A DNA stretch of 64,000 nucleotides from Penicillus capitatus (taxonomy: Eukaryota > Plantae > Chlorophyta), in contig OZ287697.1 of the NCBI GenBank assembly GCA_965649825.1, positions 1,288,351-1,352,350 of the forward strand, in the 5' to 3' direction. The notes beneath the pieces are model-generated. The model worked only from the letters and a program-made list of their open reading frames with translations. It did not search any database and was not told the origin of the DNA. The position numbers and the translations under genes were made by a program. Of the stretch, positions 58,770 through 64,000 are shown one piece after another (position 1 is the first letter of the stretch; every line of letters begins with the position of its first letter).

Positions 58770-61700
58770 ATGGCCCTTACAACAACCTCTCGTTTTCGTC
58801 TCGTCTTGTGGATTCTTGCACTTCTGTGTTCTCGTAACACCCTTGCTGAACCAGCAGTAAGCTCGGAGGTTAACCGACCCGCGTCGACGAGGAGTCGAAA
58901 TCCCAGTGACGAGTTCGATGTTCGTCCACACTCTGTTTCTCGACGAACGGCTGACGATTTTGGCACTCAGAAACCACGCTTCACTCGGCATCTGTTGCAG
59001 GAGGACACCGACAGTTCGAAGACAGGTAACCGTTTGAGGCAACAGGCGTTTTGCCATATCCATTTGTGTTTTCGTAGACTACCTCTGCTCTATTCAGGAA
59101 AATATGACGGAGTATCTTGATACGGCCACACGAACGTGGCGCATTGATGGTGCTGCTCTCAACGCGATTGACAACGACGTGCAAGCCATCGTGAACTGTA
59201 CGACAGAAGGCGACACGCTGCTCTTCGACGTCGGCGTCGTCATTCGGCCGCGAGCTCGAATCACGATTCCGTGGAATCTGACGATCAGCGCAGCGACAGG
59301 CAGGACTCGAAGAGTGAACGGCCTCTATCCAAAAGCTCCTCAGAAGGCGACGATCACATGCCCCACCGAAGGAGAAGGCGTCTTCCTCGTGAGGTGAGCT
59401 CAAAGTCCTCAATGTGGAGGCACTGTCTGACCTTCTTTCTCTCCAGGTCTAAAAGTGTCCTCTTTGCGAATCTCAGATTCGAAAACTGCTCTCTTCGAGG
59501 TTCGTCTGGATCCGAAGCCATCGTCCAAGTCGAGGAGTGTCAGTTCAACAGGACACAAGACGCTGTTCAGCTGCACCACGTTAGCTTCGAGCGCAACACC
59601 TTGATCGACGCAGCGGCTCTCTCAGTGAAGGGTCCATCCTGTGCCAGACTCGAACTGGTGGACTTCGAATTCTCGGACAGTGACTGCGGTGGTCGGTGCG
59701 GTGTGACGCTGTCCGCGCAGAACCGACTGCGGAACATCCGCATTCATCAGATCCGTTTCTTTGACTCAGCCAACAGGAGCTCTACAGTCTTCTACGGTTC
59801 AGACGGGTCAGAGACATCCATCAAACGCATGAACGCAACAGAGAACGAGTGTTCCCTGTTGCATGTCGAAGGAGGCACCCTGAATGTGTCAGACTCTACA
59901 TTCCTCGAAAACGACATGTACAGCACAAGGGAGAACGATGTGAGGTTTTGCATTCGACTGTCGAACTCGACTGGGTCTATCCAAGATTCTCAGTTCCGTC
60001 GGTACAAAGTTCGAACAGGAAGCGCCGTTACTGCCACAGCGTCGAACTTAACGGTGATTGGCTGTGTCTTTGGGAACAACGTGGCAGATGAAGCCGGAGC
60101 CATTCGCCTCGCTGCCAGCTCGGCATCTATTCGCTCGTGCAACTTCTCCTCCAACGAGGCCATCTTATCTGCTGGCGTTCTGATGGCATCCGAGTCTCGA
60201 ATCACCGTCAGCGATTCCATCTTCGAAGCAAACGAAGCAGAACTCGATGGCGGCTGCTTCTATCTGAAATCGGCGAGCAACATTAGTCTGATTCGCTCCA
60301 GTGCTTCACAGAACGCAGCCCGCAACGGCTCCGTCGCCTTCCTCGAGAAACAGTCGAGTGGGAGAGTCGTCCGTTCTTTCTTTGGCAACAACTCTGCTAC
60401 CTCGAACGGAGGATCCTTCTTTGCAACAGACTCCAGACTCTCCATTCGGAGATGCCGCTTCGAGAATGGCACAGCCGAATCTGGCGGAGCCATCTTTATG
60501 GAGTCCGAATTTCCTGGGTTGTTCGTCAACGTCACTTTCAGAAATAACTCTGCAAACTTCAGTGGTGGTGCCCTCCACTTGAAGACGGCGAATGCGAATC
60601 TGATCCGCTGCCACTTCGCTGAAGGTCGCGCTGATCGCGGCGCAGAACATAGATGCAGATACGGAGGCTTTGTGTACGCACACCTGAGCTCCGACGTAAC
60701 GGTCAGCGAGTCGGTAATGGAAGACGGTGAAGCAACAGAAGACGGCGGCTGTCTGTTTGCAAGAAACTCGACGCTGTCCATTGACAAGCTGACCATGATA
60801 AGATGCAATGCTTCCGAGAACGGAGGCGGTTTGATGGTGCAGAACATCTCATCGGCAGATCTGAAGAACATTGAAATCCGTTCAAGCAGAGCCAAACATG
60901 GAGCAGGAATCTATGCCGAAGACTCGAAAGTTATTGGACGAGGATGGATCGTGACGGATAATGAAGCTTTCCGAGCAGGAGGAATGTATGCCTTGAGATC
61001 AAGTGTCGCCGTCAAAGACTCCGTCATGCAGAACAACACAGCAGAATTTGGAGGAGTGCTTTGCCTACCGGAGAATTCTACTGGTACCTTTGTCAACGTT
61101 ACCTTCAGAAGAAACTCGGCGAAGCAAGATGGAGGGACGTGCCACGTCGAAGGTTCCGAGCTCGTCGTTCGGAAAAGTCACATCACCGAAGGATTTGCTC
61201 AGAACGGCGGAGGAATCTTCGCATTGTTTTCAAGAATCTCAATTCGGGAGACCACGGCGTTTAACCTCGCTGCAGCAATGTATGGTGGTGTTATCTCTGG
61301 CAATGCTTCCGAGATTCGCATGCGTCACTGCTCAGTCTTGAACAACACAGCTGCTGGTGGAGGTGTGCTCCAATGCCATCCTAACTGCACATTCACAGAC
61401 ACAGAATCGAACTATTCTCGTAACTCAGCAGAGTTTGGCGGCGCTATCAATCTAGACGAGAACTGCTCGGGAAGCATCAGCGGCTCCAAATTCGACAAGA
61501 ACAACGCTTTCAAATATGGAGGCACGATCTACCTTGGAGCGAGCACTTTCAGTATAAGCCAATGCAACTTCTCCGAGAGCAATGCTACGTGGGGAGGCTT
61601 CATCTACGCAACCGAAACGAGAATGAACATTTCCAATTCGAACTTCAAACAGGGTTCAGCCGACTACGGTGGCTGTACCAGAGTAACTGAAAGCAAAGTA

Positions 61701-64000
61701 AACCTTCAAGATGTTAAAATTGCATCTTGCAGAGCCCGATCTAATGGAGGAGCAGTGCAATTGTTGTCCAATTCTGCTGGTACCTTGAAGAATGTATTTT
61801 TTGTCGCGAATTCTGCACAGTTAAGCGGCGGATCTATCATCGTCCAAGAATCAAATGCCAGTCTTGATCATTGTACTTTTCAAGAGGGCCATGCAGAGAA
61901 CGGTGGATTACTAACGATTGCCGAAAGTGGGAGAATGAATATGCGCCATTCTGTGCTCCGGAATAGCACAGCGAAGTGGGGTGGATGTGTGCGATGTGAA
62001 GGAGGAAGCATTGACATCCAGAATGTGACAATGGAAGAATGTCTAGCAGAGTTGTCAGGAGGAGCAATCAGAATGGCATTCTCCAGCGAAGCCGCAGTCC
62101 AGAACTCTGTCTTTGTGAGAAACCATGCGAATAATGGCGGAGGCATTGCTTTAGTACAATCATCGTCGCTATTCGGAGATGGTTTGCTCTTCGAGAACAA
62201 CACTGTTCATGAGGGTGGCGGGGCACTTGCTTCTGAACAAGCGAGCACCATAGAGATAAACAGCTCCGTTTTCCAAAACAATGCTGGCGGCGATGGAGGG
62301 GTGTTGATCCAGCACACCAACACTACTGGGATCTTTACGAATGTCACGTTTGTCAGGAATCAGGCCTGGCGGAAGGGAGGAATAGCCTACGCAACAGAAT
62401 CTAATATCAGTTTCGATCGGTGTGTCTTCGAATGGAGCATCGCAGCGGAGCACGGCGGCTTTCTCTATTCGCAAAGAAGCGTGCGTTGTCACTTTAATGG
62501 ATCGGTGTTGATCCATGGCTTCTCGCGGGAGGGAGGATGCATCGTCGTGGAGAAAGGGAATCTCACGTTGCAGAAGACATCCATCCATAACTGTATTGCA
62601 TCGAAGGATGGAGGTGCACTGCATTTGTCGGAAGGCGCGAACGCGACAATCACTGATTCAAGCATCGACGCAAGTCATGCTGGCGAACACGGAGGCGGTG
62701 TTTACATGTCACGCAGCTCTCTCAGTGCAAACAGACTCCTTCTCACTGAAAACATCGCAAAAGGCGACGGGGGTGGCATCTTCTCGGAACACTCTACTGG
62801 CATCAGAATTTTCAACGATTCCTACTTCGGGAACAATTCTGCGCAGTCCGGTGGAGGCGTGGCATTGAGAAACACAACAGGGTCCTTGATCGGCGTCAGA
62901 ATCTATGGCAACTTGGCATCGAATCGTGGAGGGGCCTGTTGCGCAGAAAGCTCTTCTAACCTGAGGGTCGTAGAATGCACAATCCGTCACAGTGAGGCCG
63001 GAAGCGGTGGCAGTTTCTTTGTCCGGAAGTCGCATTTGAAGCTCATAAGTTCAAAACTCAAAGCTGGACGGGCTTCCGCGGAAGGAGGTTTCATCTCAGC
63101 TACGGAGAACAGCTCGATCCGTGCGGACACCACATCGATGATTGCTGGCGTATCGAAAGAGGGCGGCGCTGTTTTCCTCTCTGAATCTGTCTTCACAGCC
63201 ACGGGCATTCGGATATCGCAGTGCAAGGCAGACGGCGACGGGGGTGCCATCAAGGGCATCGATTCGTCGAGGATGCTCTGCAGTGGCTGCACTCTGAACA
63301 ACAACAACGCAACCCGCGGTGGAGCTGTGTTTGCTATGTATAACGACACTCGAATGCTCTCGATGCAATTAGACAACTGCACTCTCCAGAACAACTCGGC
63401 AACATTTGGAGGTATTCTCGATCACACTAGGGTTAGAGTGAAGTTCACATTCTTCCACGCAGGAGGCGTCCAGATCGTGGCCGGACCGGAGTCCGTATTT
63501 CGGGACTGCCGTGCGGGATGGGACACTTGCAAAGTTACAACTTTGATGAACACAGTCTTTGCAGACAACGAAGCAAAGGCGGCTGGCGGAGCCGTCTTCA
63601 TCGACACAGTTGCTGGACTCCGACTGAGCTGCTCAGATGAATCGGCAGGACATGGACTGGAGTTCTATTCGGAGAAGCGGTGGAAGTCCATGAAGCGCTT
63701 GACATCCACCGAAGACATCTGCCCATCCTGGAAGAACAATTCAGCTGGCAGATACGGACCAGATGTGGCATCTTACGCATCTGATGTCCTAAAGAAGGTC
63801 ACCAACAAAAAGACAAAATGGTTGAGTCCATCAGGCAAGAATCATTACACCATACGCCGCCACAAGAGCGGAAGACCGATTCTCATCGCTTTCACACCCG
63901 TAGACGACCTCGAGCAGAGTCCAGCTGTCGGGATGGACAACAACAACATCGAGGCCGTGACGTTTTCGCCCGATGGATTCTTTGTCGGAAGCGTGAGAGT
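58770..64000 (+). CDS. Gene I (runs off the window): same family, longest beta-helix (exon 3 = 3965 nt)
   Basis: Exons 58770-59025, 59078-59393, 59447-63411, 63463->64000. I translated the frame starting at 59448 by hand and found no stop codon up to base 64000 (intron 3 is 51 nt and stop-free), which probably explains its absence from the ORF track. Signal MALTTTSRFRLVLWILALLCS; RHLLQED motif; continuous GG-repeat helix; stalk motif SWKNNSAGRYGPDVAS. Confidence 0.85.

Noticed and set aside
1-64000. Diversity-generating retroelement or dedicated recombinase/transposase driving the variation
   Set aside because: No reverse transcriptase, transposase, integrase or template/variable repeat pair is recognisable. 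The observed variation fits homologous recombination, gene conversion and slippage.

Overview
Eukaryotic genomic DNA (standard code, short 47-65 nt spliceosomal introns, roughly 50% GC). It is almost entirely a tandem and inverted cluster of one paralogous family of large cell-surface receptor-like genes. The ORF track fragments each gene at its introns. Splicing at GT/GC..AG sites restores six complete 7-exon genes (A 4660-10099+, B 13995-19202+, C 21099-26463+, E 38904-33769-, G 48383-42534-, H 51300-57297+; 1599-1890 aa). There are also two genes cut by the window edges (1-222+, and I 58770->64000+, whose long exon is absent from the ORF track), a 3'-truncated but open copy D (32355-29527-), a 5'-truncated pseudogene F (about 40925-39480-) and several relic fragments. 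Shared architecture: signal peptide; disordered pro-region with RxxL/RxLxQ motifs; conserved N-cap domain; a variable-length GG[A/C/F/G]-repeat right-handed beta-helix (Pmp/pectin-lyase-like, all in exon 3); a stalk; a Cys-rich CxxC module; and a multi-pass (about 8-9 TM) C-terminal membrane domain. The most notable property is how the family diversifies. The copies are mosaics of interchangeable helix, stalk and membrane modules, with switch points in conserved motifs. They show short gene-conversion tracts, in-frame gain and loss of whole helix rungs (including a perfect 3x78 bp expansion), variable residues just before each GG motif, a putative secreted decoy copy, and GC-AG introns that track with membrane-module class. 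This looks like a recombining variable-receptor locus (immune, allorecognition or adhesion). That function is inference, and the organism cannot be identified from this window.
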